The notes under the pieces were generated by a model, which made no database searches, was not told where the DNA came from, and worked only from the letters and a program-made list of their open reading frames with translations. From Oscillospiraceae bacterium (GTDB lineage: Bacteria > Bacillota > Clostridia > Oscillospirales > Acutalibacteraceae), in NCBI GenBank assembly GCA_031270605.1, contig JAISXG010000070.1:10482-74481 (forward strand): 64,000 nucleotides of DNA. The letters are read 5' to 3'. Positions within the stretch are counted from its first letter, which is position 1; each line of letters begins with the position of its first letter. Below, one piece after another: positions 46,352 through 55,406 of this stretch. Both the position numbers and the translations under genes were made by a program.

Positions 46352-47728
46352 TTATTTAATATTTGGCAGGCTCGCCGCGGCGACAGACTGCCCGACACGG
46401 CGGGACTTTTCATCCGGGATGTTCAGGCTGATTTTCTTTGCAAGCTCGGGGAATTCTTCATCGAGCACCTTTTGCGCATTCTCAAGCAAAATCACGCCGC
46501 CGCTGCCGCTTGTCACACGCCCCATAATCAAAACGTGCTTGATATCATAAAACTCTGCGTAATAGGCGACGGCATAGCCGAAATACACGCCGATGGTCTG
46601 ATAAATGTCAGCCGCGCGAGTGTCGCCCGCCACCATCAGCTCCTGCACCGCGCTCAGTTTTTCAGCCGGGCTCAGGGTATCGTCGAGTTCAATTCCCGCT
46701 GCGGGGGAAAGCTTGATGACCGCGTCCTGCGAGAAATATTTCACACCGCAGCCATAGTCGCCCGACCATTCGTCGGCCATCGCGCCTTCATAAAAATCCA
46801 CGGGCACAAAGGCAAGCTCATTCAGCCAGCCGGTAATATTGCCCTGGCCGTCCACATAGCCGCCCGCTTCGCTCGTGCCCATGGCAACGCCCAGCACATT
46901 GTTGTCGCCCAGGTCCATCGCGCCGGCAAGGGCGGTCACGTCGCCGTCGTTCGCCACCTCAACCGGAATGCCCTCGCCGATTTCTTTGGCAATGTCAAGA
47001 TACATATTCTTTACATGCTTCTCAAACTGTTCGTCCGGCACTTTGAGAAACAGGGACGCGATCATAATGCGGTTGTCAATATAAACGCCCGCGCTCGAAA
47101 CGCCGATTCCGTCCACCCGGGGCATGTGTGAGGCCGCCGTTTTCATGGACTCGAGAATGCCGTTATAATGATACATCGGGTCCGCATTGAGCTTGGGGTG
47201 CCAGATAACCTCTTCAGAATACACCGCCTCGCCGTCAATTACGGCGCTGACCTTGCGGTCGCTGCCGCCCGCGTCAAAGCCGATGCGGCAGCCGTCAAGG
47301 TGGCGGCCTGCAGGCGTTGCCTGCTCGTGGTTTTCGGGGGCATCGGCAAAGCCGCGCAGCTCCACCTCAAAATCCTGCTCATACACCCGCGCCATGAAGT
47401 GCACGTCAAAGTCGCGCAGGCCCTTGTCGCTAAACGCTTCTTTGATTTTGCCGCCCACAAGTTCGCTGCCGGCGATAATCAGCTTATAGCCGCCAACGAC
47501 CCACAGCAGGGATTTTGCCAGCCGCTCCACAAAGCGAAAATTTTCTTCGTCGTGGCCTGCGCCATCTTTGAAAATCCTTGTTTTATAAACGGTTGTATAA
47601 CCGTTGTGCCGCTCACAGCCAAGCACCAAATCCTGCCCGTTTTCCGCCGTCTGCTCACGCATCCGCCTGCAAACAACCGAAAGGGGTTGAAAACTCGGGT
47701 CAAGCGTCGCCTTTACTTTTAAATCCAT
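46352..47728 (-). CDS. ROK-family sugar kinase-like protein with a ~150-aa N-terminal extension
   Basis: 458 aa. IGFDAGGSDRK phosphate-1 motif at about residue 157. Confidence 0.65.
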   Translation of the reverse strand: MDLKVKATLDPSFQPLSVVCRRMREQTAENGQDLVLGCERHNGYTTVYKTRIFKDGAGHDEENFRFVERLAKSLLWVVGGYKLIIAGSELVGGKIKEAFSDKGLRDFDVHFMARVYEQDFEVELRGFADAPENHEQATPAGRHLDGCRIGFDAGGSDRKVSAVIDGEAVYSEEVIWHPKLNADPMYHYNGILESMKTAASHMPRVDGIGVSSAGVYIDNRIMIASLFLKVPDEQFEKHVKNMYLDIAKEIGEGIPVEVANDGDVTALAGAMDLGDNNVLGVAMGTSEAGGYVDGQGNITGWLNELAFVPVDFYEGAMADEWSGDYGCGVKYFSQDAVIKLSPAAGIELDDTLSPAEKLSAVQELMVAGDTRAADIYQTIGVYFGYAVAYYAEFYDIKHVLIMGRVTSGSGGVILLENAQKVLDEEFPELAKKISLNIPDEKSRRVGQSVAAASLPNIK

Positions 47729-47745
47729 TGTTTTCTCTCCTAAAT

Positions 47746-48891
47746 CTATTTCTGATTCTGAAACTTGATTTTGCCGCCAATCACAGTGGTTGAAATGTTG
47801 AATTCTTCATCCGCAATGATGATGTCGGCATCCTTGCCCACTTCAAGGGAACCCTTTTGCCCCTGCAAGCCGAGCACGGCGGCGGGGCTGAGGGACGCGG
47901 CATTGACTGCCTCCCAAACCGAAACATCGGCATTCTGCCAGAAATTCAGCACAGCCTTGTTGAGGGTGAGCACACTTCCGGCAATGGTTCCATCCTCGAG
48001 CCGGCACTCAATGCCCTTCAAAATCACCTTTTGCCCGCCGAGAGTGTACTCGCCGTCCGCAAGCCCACCAGAACGCAGACAGTCGGTAATCAGCACAAGC
48101 TTGTCCTTTTTCAATTTATAAACAATGTCAAACATGGCGGGGTGAATGTGGAACTTGTCACAAATCAGCTCCACGCTCACAGGGGTATTGAACGCCGCGC
48201 CCACAACGCCGGGGTCGCGGTGGGCAAGGGGCGTCATAGCGTTGAAGAGATGCGTCGCGTGGCGCACGCCCGCAAGCACAGAGTCGCAGGCCTGATGATA
48301 ATTCGCGTCCGTATGCCCCATGGAAACCACAACGTCACTGTTCGCGGCGATTTCACGCACTGCATGGAAACCCTCATCCATTTCAGGCGCCAAAGTCACA
48401 AGGCGAATGATGTCGCTGTTCTTAATAATCAAAGCCGCATCCGGCCTTTGAATAAACGCCTCATTCTGCGCGCCCTTTTTCTTTGGGTTCACATAAGGCC
48501 CTTCCGTATGGAGGCCAAGAATGGCGGTACCGTTCCATGCGAGACTTTTTTCTTTCAGCCCGCGCACGGTATCCGCCACCTGCAGCAGCTCTTCGCGGGG
48601 AATGGTGACGGTTGTGGGCAAAAATCCCGTTACGCCGTTTTTCACAAGCCCCTCGGCCATTTTTTGAATGCCCTCCGGGTTCGCGTCTGAAACGTCCTCT
48701 CCAAGATAACCATGAATATGAATATCAATCAGCCCCGGGGCAATAAACCGCCCCGCCGCGTCGATGATTTCCGTGCCCGTGGGAATGTCCGCCGCGTCAA
48801 GAATCCCCTGAGTTTTATGGTCAAACAAAAGCGCCTTGCCGGCAAGTACCCTGTCTTTTAAAATGATCTTTCCGTTTATAATCGCTTTCAT
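47746..48891 (-). CDS. nagA: N-acetylglucosamine-6-phosphate deacetylase
   Basis: MKAIINGKI...PGLIDIHIHG motif. The 464-aa track ORF is an upstream over-extension into the Gfo/Idh/MocA gene. An ATG at 48912 is an alternative start. Confidence 0.85.
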   Translation of the reverse strand: MKAIINGKIILKDRVLAGKALLFDHKTQGILDAADIPTGTEIIDAAGRFIAPGLIDIHIHGYLGEDVSDANPEGIQKMAEGLVKNGVTGFLPTTVTIPREELLQVADTVRGLKEKSLAWNGTAILGLHTEGPYVNPKKKGAQNEAFIQRPDAALIIKNSDIIRLVTLAPEMDEGFHAVREIAANSDVVVSMGHTDANYHQACDSVLAGVRHATHLFNAMTPLAHRDPGVVGAAFNTPVSVELICDKFHIHPAMFDIVYKLKKDKLVLITDCLRSGGLADGEYTLGGQKVILKGIECRLEDGTIAGSVLTLNKAVLNFWQNADVSVWEAVNAASLSPAAVLGLQGQKGSLEVGKDADIIIADEEFNISTTVIGGKIKFQNQK

Positions 48892-48922
48892 GTTCTGCGC
48901 AGTCCTTTCCATTTGCCGTCTT

Positions 48923-50101
48923 TTATCTTCCCTCAATTGTGTTGGGGTAGCTGCTCTTCCCTTCGCCGTCAAGGAAGGGAGAACGCGTGTCGTTTTCATA
49001 GGTTGCCCTGTCTGTTTCGCTGCGGAAATCCGGGATTTTCTGCTCCGCACCGCCATTGAGCGCGCTGTGCCAGCCGAGAATGCCCACCGCCGCCATTGTG
49101 GCCGCGCGGTAAACATCAAAATAGGGCTGTTTCTTCTCAATCAGGCATTCGAGGAACTCCCGCATCACCCAATAGTCGCCGCCGCCGTGACCGCAGTGCC
49201 ACGCCTCTTTCACCTTATCGCCGAAATCAGCGCGGTAAAAAGTCTCTTCCTTTTCCCCTTCCGGGATGCTCCAATGGTTATAGGTCACGCGGATCAACTC
49301 ATCATCGGGCCGGCCCATCTCCACACCGCCGTTTTTGCAGCAAAGGCGGTACCAATTACCGTGGGGGCCGTATTTTGCCCAGCCTGTAATCTTAAACAGA
49401 GCACCGTTATCCATTTCACAGAGCATCAGCGTTGCGGAATCCTTACGCACTTCATCCTCATATTCCCACTCGTTATGCTTTGCGAACACGGCTTTCGCGT
49501 TCACCGCAAGAGGCATGGAATCCGTCATATACATCAACGGCGCAAGAGAGTGCGTGAGATAATAGCTTGAGGGCATCAGTGCACGCCAATGCTTGCTGTG
49601 AGGCGTGTAATTCCGGTAATCCTGTGTTTCCATGGGATGCACATATTCCCCGTCGGCATACAGCACCTCGCCGAGGGTGCCGCGCTCAAACACCTGCTTC
49701 ATTTCCATTGCGCCTTTGTAATAGGGATAATTTTCGGCAAGCATGTAAGTACACGCAGTCGCTTCCGCGGCACGGCACAAGTCCACACACTCCTTGAGCG
49801 TGACGGCCGCCGTGGTTTCACTGAACACATGCACGCCCTGTTCCATCGCCTTTATGGCAAAGGGCGCGTGCTGGTCAAAAAAGTTTGAGAGCACCACCGC
49901 GTCCATACCCGAAGCAATAAATTCATCAAAATCCTTGAAAAATACAACATTCTCAGCGCAATGGCCGCGAATGCCGTCATAGGTCGCCTCATTCCGGTCA
50001 CAGACCGCAACCACCTCGGCAAGGCCCGAAAGCTTTGCCGCCTTTGCATAAGAGCTGCCGCGCCGCGCGCCAAACACACCCAATTTGATTTTTTCAGCCA
50101 T
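48923..50101 (-). CDS. Gfo/Idh/MocA-family NAD(P)-dependent oxidoreductase
   Basis: 392 aa. N-terminal Rossmann motif KLGVFGARRGS. Confidence 0.75.
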   Translation of the reverse strand: MAEKIKLGVFGARRGSSYAKAAKLSGLAEVVAVCDRNEATYDGIRGHCAENVVFFKDFDEFIASGMDAVVLSNFFDQHAPFAIKAMEQGVHVFSETTAAVTLKECVDLCRAAEATACTYMLAENYPYYKGAMEMKQVFERGTLGEVLYADGEYVHPMETQDYRNYTPHSKHWRALMPSSYYLTHSLAPLMYMTDSMPLAVNAKAVFAKHNEWEYEDEVRKDSATLMLCEMDNGALFKITGWAKYGPHGNWYRLCCKNGGVEMGRPDDELIRVTYNHWSIPEGEKEETFYRADFGDKVKEAWHCGHGGGDYWVMREFLECLIEKKQPYFDVYRAATMAAVGILGWHSALNGGAEQKIPDFRSETDRATYENDTRSPFLDGEGKSSYPNTIEGR

Positions 50102-50334
50102 TTTATATCACCCCGTTTTTTTCATGAAGGTCTTTCAAATCCATATTATAGTATACCGCATACGCCTTTTCAAGCAATTATAACAATCTGTTCGAAAAGT
50201 TTTGCAAAATTCTGTGAAAGGCGATATAATATTGAAAGAATGCGAACGGACTGAACACTCGTCCGTCGCGACATTCGTCCGCGCCGCCGTATTCTTGGAT
50301 TAATTTTGAAACTTGAAAGGCTTGGTGATCATTG

Positions 50335-51387
50335 ATGCGGGAGCTTTATGAGAAAACCCTGCGCGAACTGCACAAAAACCCGGAATACACACAAAAGCTG
50401 GATGCATACCTTTCCATTGACCGGCTCCGTACGCTGTTCATTTCCATGATGGATGTCCCCCTGAAAACGCTCAGGCGCCTGCCCGTCCGTTTTGTGGGTG
50501 AAACATTGGATTCCCTCATTGACTTCCTCATAAGCGATGATGTGCCCATCAAGGCGGACGACAGCCGCAGCATCCCGCTCTGGAAAAGACCGCCCTGCTT
50601 TGTGCAAAACAGCAAGCAACCTTACATCATTCCATTTCTGCTGCCCGTCCGCGCCCCTGTTGTGGTGATTGCGCCCGGCGGCGGATATTCCAATGTTTCG
50701 TTGGAACACGAGGGCATCAAAATGGCACGGGCCTTTAACGCAAAGGGGTTTCACGCGGTGGTGCTCAATTACCGCGTTTCGCCCGCGCGCTACCCCGCCC
50801 CGCAGCTCGACCTCATCCGGGCGATTCAAATCACCCGCAGCAAGGCAGACGAGTGGAACATCATCCCCGACCAGCTTGCCCTCGCGGGTTTTTCGGCAGG
50901 CGGCCACCTGTGCGCAAGCACCGCCGCACTGCACAAAGAGCTTGCGTGGCAGAGCGGGAACTTGCAGCATGTCGACACATCCCCCAACGTCCTGATTCTC
51001 GGCTACCCGCAGGTTGACCTCTGCTTTCGCTACATGGGCCTGCTTTCAGGTATTTTTCTTTTAAACGCCGCGCCCGTCGGCGACTACCGGCGGCTGTCCT
51101 CCCACAATCTTGTCAAAGAGGGCTATCCCCCCACCTTTTTGTGGAGCGAAAAGGACGACCCGTTTGTAAAGGTCAAAGAAAACAGCGACCTGCTCAAAAA
51201 AGCGCTTGAACGCGAGAAGATTCCCCATATTTACCGCCTGTATGAGGGCGACATGCACGGCTCCGGCCTTGCCGAGGGCCGCCCGGCAGAGGTGTGGTTT
51301 GACGAAGCCGTTTCTTTTTTAAGAGATTCTTTTGGATTTGCCGTCGATGAAGGCGCAGACGCGAAGCAGCCTGCCCTGCAATACTGA
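50335..51387 (+). CDS. Alpha/beta hydrolase (esterase/lipase, HSL-like)
   Basis: PGGGY oxyanion motif and the GFSAGG nucleophile elbow. Confidence 0.75.
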   Translation: MRELYEKTLRELHKNPEYTQKLDAYLSIDRLRTLFISMMDVPLKTLRRLPVRFVGETLDSLIDFLISDDVPIKADDSRSIPLWKRPPCFVQNSKQPYIIPFLLPVRAPVVVIAPGGGYSNVSLEHEGIKMARAFNAKGFHAVVLNYRVSPARYPAPQLDLIRAIQITRSKADEWNIIPDQLALAGFSAGGHLCASTAALHKELAWQSGNLQHVDTSPNVLILGYPQVDLCFRYMGLLSGIFLLNAAPVGDYRRLSSHNLVKEGYPPTFLWSEKDDPFVKVKENSDLLKKALEREKIPHIYRLYEGDMHGSGLAEGRPAEVWFDEAVSFLRDSFGFAVDEGADAKQPALQY

Positions 51388-51411
51388 CGCCGTTCAATTT
51401 TCTGTGAAACC

Positions 51412-51440
51412 TTGATTTCTGTTTCATTCTGGGTTATAAT
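51412..51440 (+). promoter_or_regulatory. Candidate sigma-A promoter of the cyclophilin gene
   Basis: TTGATT, 17-nt spacer, TATAAT. Confidence 0.5.
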
Positions 51441-51477
51441 ACGTTTCATTATGAATCCTTGAAGGGATGATTTTGAT

Positions 51478-52149
51478 ATGAAAAAATTCGGCAAGCTGAT
51501 TCCTTTTTTGTTTGCGGCGCTTGTGCTTGTTCTTGTGGCGTGCAATCAAGCCGCAAAGCCTGATGAAACAACGGGTGAATCCACCACAGGGTTTGTGAAG
51601 CCGGCAGATGCGGAAGACCCTCTGGCAACCATTGAGCTTGAGAGCGGAAAGAAAATTCTTGTGCAGCTCTTGCCGGAGGATGCGCCGAACACGGTCTATA
51701 ATTTTATCAGCCTCGCTAACAAGGGCTATTATAACGGCCTGACCTTCCACCGCGCCAGCGCGGACACCCTGATCCAGGGCGGCGACCCGAACGGCAACGG
51801 CTCGGGCGGCCCGGGCTACAAAATCAAGGGTGAATTCAGCGCAAACGGCGTTGAAAACAATCTCAAACACACCCGCGGCACGATCTCAATGGCAAGGCAG
51901 GGCAATGACAACGACTCCGCGGGCAGCCAGTTCTTTATTGTGGCGGCCTATGCCTTCCCCGACTGGGACGGCCAATATGCGGCTTTCGGCCGTGTGCTTG
52001 ACGGCATGGAGGTCGTTGACGAAATCTCCCAACAGCCCGTCAAAAGCACTCAATCAGGTGCGCTTGCGGAGAATGTCGTCATCAAATCCGTCACAATCGA
52101 AACCCACGGAGTCGCCTACCCCGAGCCGGAAACCATTCCCGCATCCTGA
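51478..52149 (+). CDS. Cyclophilin-type peptidyl-prolyl isomerase, lipoprotein
   Basis: 223 aa. Lipobox LVAC, then FHRA..., GGPGY and SMARQG cyclophilin motifs. Confidence 0.85.
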   Translation: MKKFGKLIPFLFAALVLVLVACNQAAKPDETTGESTTGFVKPADAEDPLATIELESGKKILVQLLPEDAPNTVYNFISLANKGYYNGLTFHRASADTLIQGGDPNGNGSGGPGYKIKGEFSANGVENNLKHTRGTISMARQGNDNDSAGSQFFIVAAYAFPDWDGQYAAFGRVLDGMEVVDEISQQPVKSTQSGALAENVVIKSVTIETHGVAYPEPETIPAS

Positions 52150-52166
52150 TTGCATTGAACCGCACA

Positions 52167-52206
52167 AAAAGGTTTTGGGCTGCGACACCCAAAACCTTTT
52201 CTTTTC
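52167..52206 (+). terminator. Intrinsic terminator
   Basis: 13-bp perfect stem aaaaggttttggg/cccaaaacctttt plus a T-rich tail. Confidence 0.75.
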
Positions 52207-52284
52207 ATGCTTCAACGAATAAAAACCCCCGGTTTCACCCGGGGGAAAAATAAGAATACAAAATCTGCAACCGGGGGAAATGAT

Positions 52285-54036
52285 ATGACCACACGTGAGC
52301 GCTATTTCAACCTGCTCAAGAGCTGGTGTGACAGCCTTTTACGCCGGCAACTGCACGACTCTGCCCTGCCGTCTTTGGACGGCAGCCTGTGGTGCGATGC
52401 CTGCGCGGGGGTACACGGCCGCTGCTATGACGCGGTCTATCCGCTGCTGTATCTGGCGGATGAAACCGGCGAGACGCGCTATCTTGACGCCGCAAAGCAG
52501 CTCATGCGTTGGAGTGATAACCTGCGCTGCGACGACGGCAGCTATTACAACGGCCACCACAACGCATGGAACGGTACTACCGTGTTTTTTGCGGCATCAC
52601 TCGGGCGCGCGCTGCTGCATCACGGGCATCTGCTGGACGATGAAACAAAACGGCAGTGGGACGAGCGCCTGCACAGCATGGGCGACTGGCTGCACGATCA
52701 GCTGAACCTGAGCCTGTCCACAAACATCAACTATTTTGTGAGCAATGCCGGCGCTTTAGCACTGCTTGGCGAATACTTCCACGAAAGCCGCTTTACGGAA
52801 AAAGCCCGCTATTGGGCGGATTTTGCGTTGCAATTCATAGGCAGGGACGGCCTGCTCTTTGGCGAGGGTACGCCGATGGACTGCGTGACGGCACGCGGCT
52901 GCCGCGCGGTGGATATCGGCTACAATGTGGAGGAGTCTCTGCCCATGCTGGCGCTGTGCGCAAAGCTTCTGCGGGACGGGCGGCTGCTGCAGGCCGCACA
53001 AAAATCCATCCATGCGCATTTGGCCTTTATGCTGCCGGACGGCGGTTGGGACAACAGCTTTGGCAGCCGCAACTTTAAGTGGAGCTATTGGGGCAGCCGC
53101 ACTTCGGACGGCTTTCAGGAGGCCGCAGCCATTCTGGGGAACATCGATCCGCTTATAAATTATGCGGCTGCCTTGAATCTGGGGCTGTATGAGCGCTGCA
53201 CGCATGACGGGCTGCTCTACGGCGGGCCGCACTATGCCGCGCACGGCGAGCCGCCCTGTATTCACCACAGTTTTTGCCATGCCAAGGCGCTGGCCAGCGT
53301 CCTGGATGCCCAATTGCCGGAGCCACCGCCGGAAATCAAGCTGCCGGAAGCGCCCGCCCTGCGCTATTTTTCTGAAATTGACACCTGGAAGCTGCACTGC
53401 GGCGATTTCTTTGCGACCGTTACGGGCTATGATGTGGACTATGTGCGCGGCGGCCACGCCAGCGGCGGCACCATGAGCCTGCTCTGGCATACCAAAACCG
53501 GTCCGTTGGTTGCGTCCTCCATGACGCAGTATAGCCTGCGGGAGCCTCACAACATGCAGCTAACCCGCAGAAAGGCGATGCACCGCAGCCTGACACCCGG
53601 CATCCGCACGCAGGACGGCTATGCCAGCCATGACGACATTAGCGCGGAAATCCACTGCTCAGAAACGCCGGACGGCCTGCTTTGCAAAGTGAAGGCGCGG
53701 CTGTGCAACATCCGTTTCGAGCCGCGTGAGGAAGACGCGCAGTGCACGCTGGAATACCGCATCACGCCGCGAGGCGTTGCCATCAGCGGGAAAACCGGCG
53801 CTGAAAATGCGCGTTTTGTGCTGCCGCTCATCGGCCTGGCCGCAAACGGCATGAGCTTCACACCCGGAAAACTGCGGTATCCGTCGAGTACGGACGCACA
53901 AATAATTTGCCGCTCCGGGAATCTCAAAACCGAACCGCAGGCGATATTTTTCCTGTCCGGCGGCTTTGAGGCCTGGGAGGTTGTGCTGGAGCCGGATGCA
54001 AATGGGGCGTTTTCCTGTGAAATCACGGTGATGTAA
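52285..54036 (+). CDS. Hypothetical protein, Cys/His/Trp-rich, possibly an alpha/alpha-toroid enzyme
   Basis: 584 aa from the ATG at 52285, which follows a GGGGGA RBS; the track start 52207 lies within the upstream terminator region. I recognise no family motif. GC is visibly higher than in the neighbouring genes. Confidence 0.55.
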   Translation: MTTRERYFNLLKSWCDSLLRRQLHDSALPSLDGSLWCDACAGVHGRCYDAVYPLLYLADETGETRYLDAAKQLMRWSDNLRCDDGSYYNGHHNAWNGTTVFFAASLGRALLHHGHLLDDETKRQWDERLHSMGDWLHDQLNLSLSTNINYFVSNAGALALLGEYFHESRFTEKARYWADFALQFIGRDGLLFGEGTPMDCVTARGCRAVDIGYNVEESLPMLALCAKLLRDGRLLQAAQKSIHAHLAFMLPDGGWDNSFGSRNFKWSYWGSRTSDGFQEAAAILGNIDPLINYAAALNLGLYERCTHDGLLYGGPHYAAHGEPPCIHHSFCHAKALASVLDAQLPEPPPEIKLPEAPALRYFSEIDTWKLHCGDFFATVTGYDVDYVRGGHASGGTMSLLWHTKTGPLVASSMTQYSLREPHNMQLTRRKAMHRSLTPGIRTQDGYASHDDISAEIHCSETPDGLLCKVKARLCNIRFEPREEDAQCTLEYRITPRGVAISGKTGAENARFVLPLIGLAANGMSFTPGKLRYPSSTDAQIICRSGNLKTEPQAIFFLSGGFEAWEVVLEPDANGAFSCEITVM

Positions 54037-54054
54037 GCCGGATTCGCCGCGTGT

Positions 54055-54214
54055 TATAGTCGATTAACTCAAAAAGCGGTACAAGATTTGCGAGGATTAT
54101 TTTTGTTGAACAAGGCGGAGGACACAGCCTTACCGGCGTAAGGCAAGGACGACAACGCAGGTCGGCGGAAATAAGACCGCAAAGATGTATCGATTTTTGG
54201 ATTAATCGACTATA
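54055..54214. repeat. 160-bp MITE-like element, copy 1, with terminal inverted repeats tatagtcgattaa / ttaatcgactata
   Basis: Same-orientation second copy at 60504-60663 with 8 mismatches in 160 bp by eye. Contains the internal hairpin gccttac-cggc-gtaaggc. Confidence 0.8.
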
Positions 54215-54293
54215 AAAAAGCCGGCAAGCCGGAAACAAAATACGGCTTGCTTTACGGTGTCTTGCGAGAGCTTTGCATGATTTTTCCGCAATT

Positions 54294-54333
54294 ACAAAAG
54301 ACACCTCCCGCCTTCGCCTGAGATGTCTTTTGT
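54294..54333. terminator. Hairpin between convergent genes (hypothetical gene / mscL)
   Basis: acaaaagaca...tgtcttttgt 10-bp stem. Confidence 0.4.
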
Positions 54334-54399
54334 CTGCGGCCTGAAACCGCCGGCTTACTGGTGGTTATGATTGATCTTCATACTAAATTTACGATTCCG

Positions 54400-54954
54400 T
54401 TAAACCGCGTCTTCCTCTGCCGCTTCTTCCGGGGAAAGCGTCAGTTCCGAGGTGCAGTGCGGGCAGCGGGTGGCCTTTTCGTCCACCTCCATGCAGCAAA
54501 ACTCGCACAGACGCGGCTCTTTCTTTTCTTCCGGTTCTTCTTTCGGTTTGATGGGGCTTGTGATCTTGTTGAAAAACTTCACAAGAATGAAAATGATAAT
54601 TGCCATAATTAAAAAGTTGATCAGCGCTGATATAAAATTTCCGTAACTGATAACGGCAGTGGCCTTCTTCGCTGCTTCCAACGATTCATATTCCTGCCCG
54701 TCCAGTGCGAAATATAAGCCGCTGAAATCAACGCCCTTTGTGAACAAGCCGACAACCGGCATAAAAATATCATCCACTACCGATTTCACAATGACCTGAA
54801 ACGCCCCGCCGATAATCACACCGACGGCCAGGTTCATTACGTTGCCCTTTGAAATAAATTCCTTAAACTCGGCGACAACACCTTTTTTTGAAATTTTGGT
54901 GATTTCTGTGCCCAATTTTTTATTAATTTTTTTTATTTTTTCCGGTGATTTCAT
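54400..54954 (-). CDS. mscL: Large-conductance mechanosensitive channel MscL with a basic N-terminal extension and a C-terminal zinc-ribbon tail
   Basis: Core motif FKEFISKGNVMNLAVGVIIGGAF. The tail has CEFC...CPHC. Confidence 0.85.
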   Translation of the reverse strand: MKSPEKIKKINKKLGTEITKISKKGVVAEFKEFISKGNVMNLAVGVIIGGAFQVIVKSVVDDIFMPVVGLFTKGVDFSGLYFALDGQEYESLEAAKKATAVISYGNFISALINFLIMAIIIFILVKFFNKITSPIKPKEEPEEKKEPRLCEFCCMEVDEKATRCPHCTSELTLSPEEAAEEDAV

Positions 54955-55148
54955 GCTAATCCTCCATTCTTTTATGGAAAATCCCCTTAAAAGCTCAAAA
55001 AATCAAACACAAAACCTTGCCGGGCTGATCTTTTGAGGGGTTTTTATCCTGTCCAAACCGCGAAAACCGCAGTCTTTTGTAGAAAATCATACGGCAATCT
55101 GGTTTTTATGTCAAGAGTGTAAACTATTTATTTTATCTGAAAAGAGAA

Positions 55149-55176
55149 TTGACATATTTTAAGAAATCAGTATAAT
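55149..55176 (+). promoter_or_regulatory. Near-consensus sigma-A promoter upstream of alaA
   Basis: TTGACA, 16-nt spacer, TATAAT. This implies a leader of about 220 nt. Confidence 0.5.
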
Positions 55177-55406
55177 AATAAACGATGGAACAAAATCCGT
55201 TGCATAATAATCAATTTTGAACATGTCGTATAAAACTCAACGCCTACCCGCTGAAAGCCGCCCAAAAAACGAAGGGTTGCTCACCGCAGGCCAATCTTTT
55301 TTTAAACTTCGCCTAAAGGCGAAAGTTTTAAACCAGTCGTTGAGACAATAAACGCACACTTACATTCACCATTGGCAACACGCACGAATAGAAAGGTTGA
55401 ACCCTG

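Noticed and set aside
48892-49140. 83-codon N-terminal extension of the nagA ORF overlapping the Gfo/Idh/MocA gene
   Set aside because: NagA homology begins at MKAIINGKI (48891). The extension is Arg-rich, overlaps the 3' end of the upstream gene and has no family support.
54023-54304. 93-aa ORF sharing a peptide (QKSIHLCGLISADLRC...) with ORF 60232..60696
   Set aside because: The shared peptide is simply the translation of the 160-bp repeated element. There are no start or RBS signals, and the flanks are unrelated.
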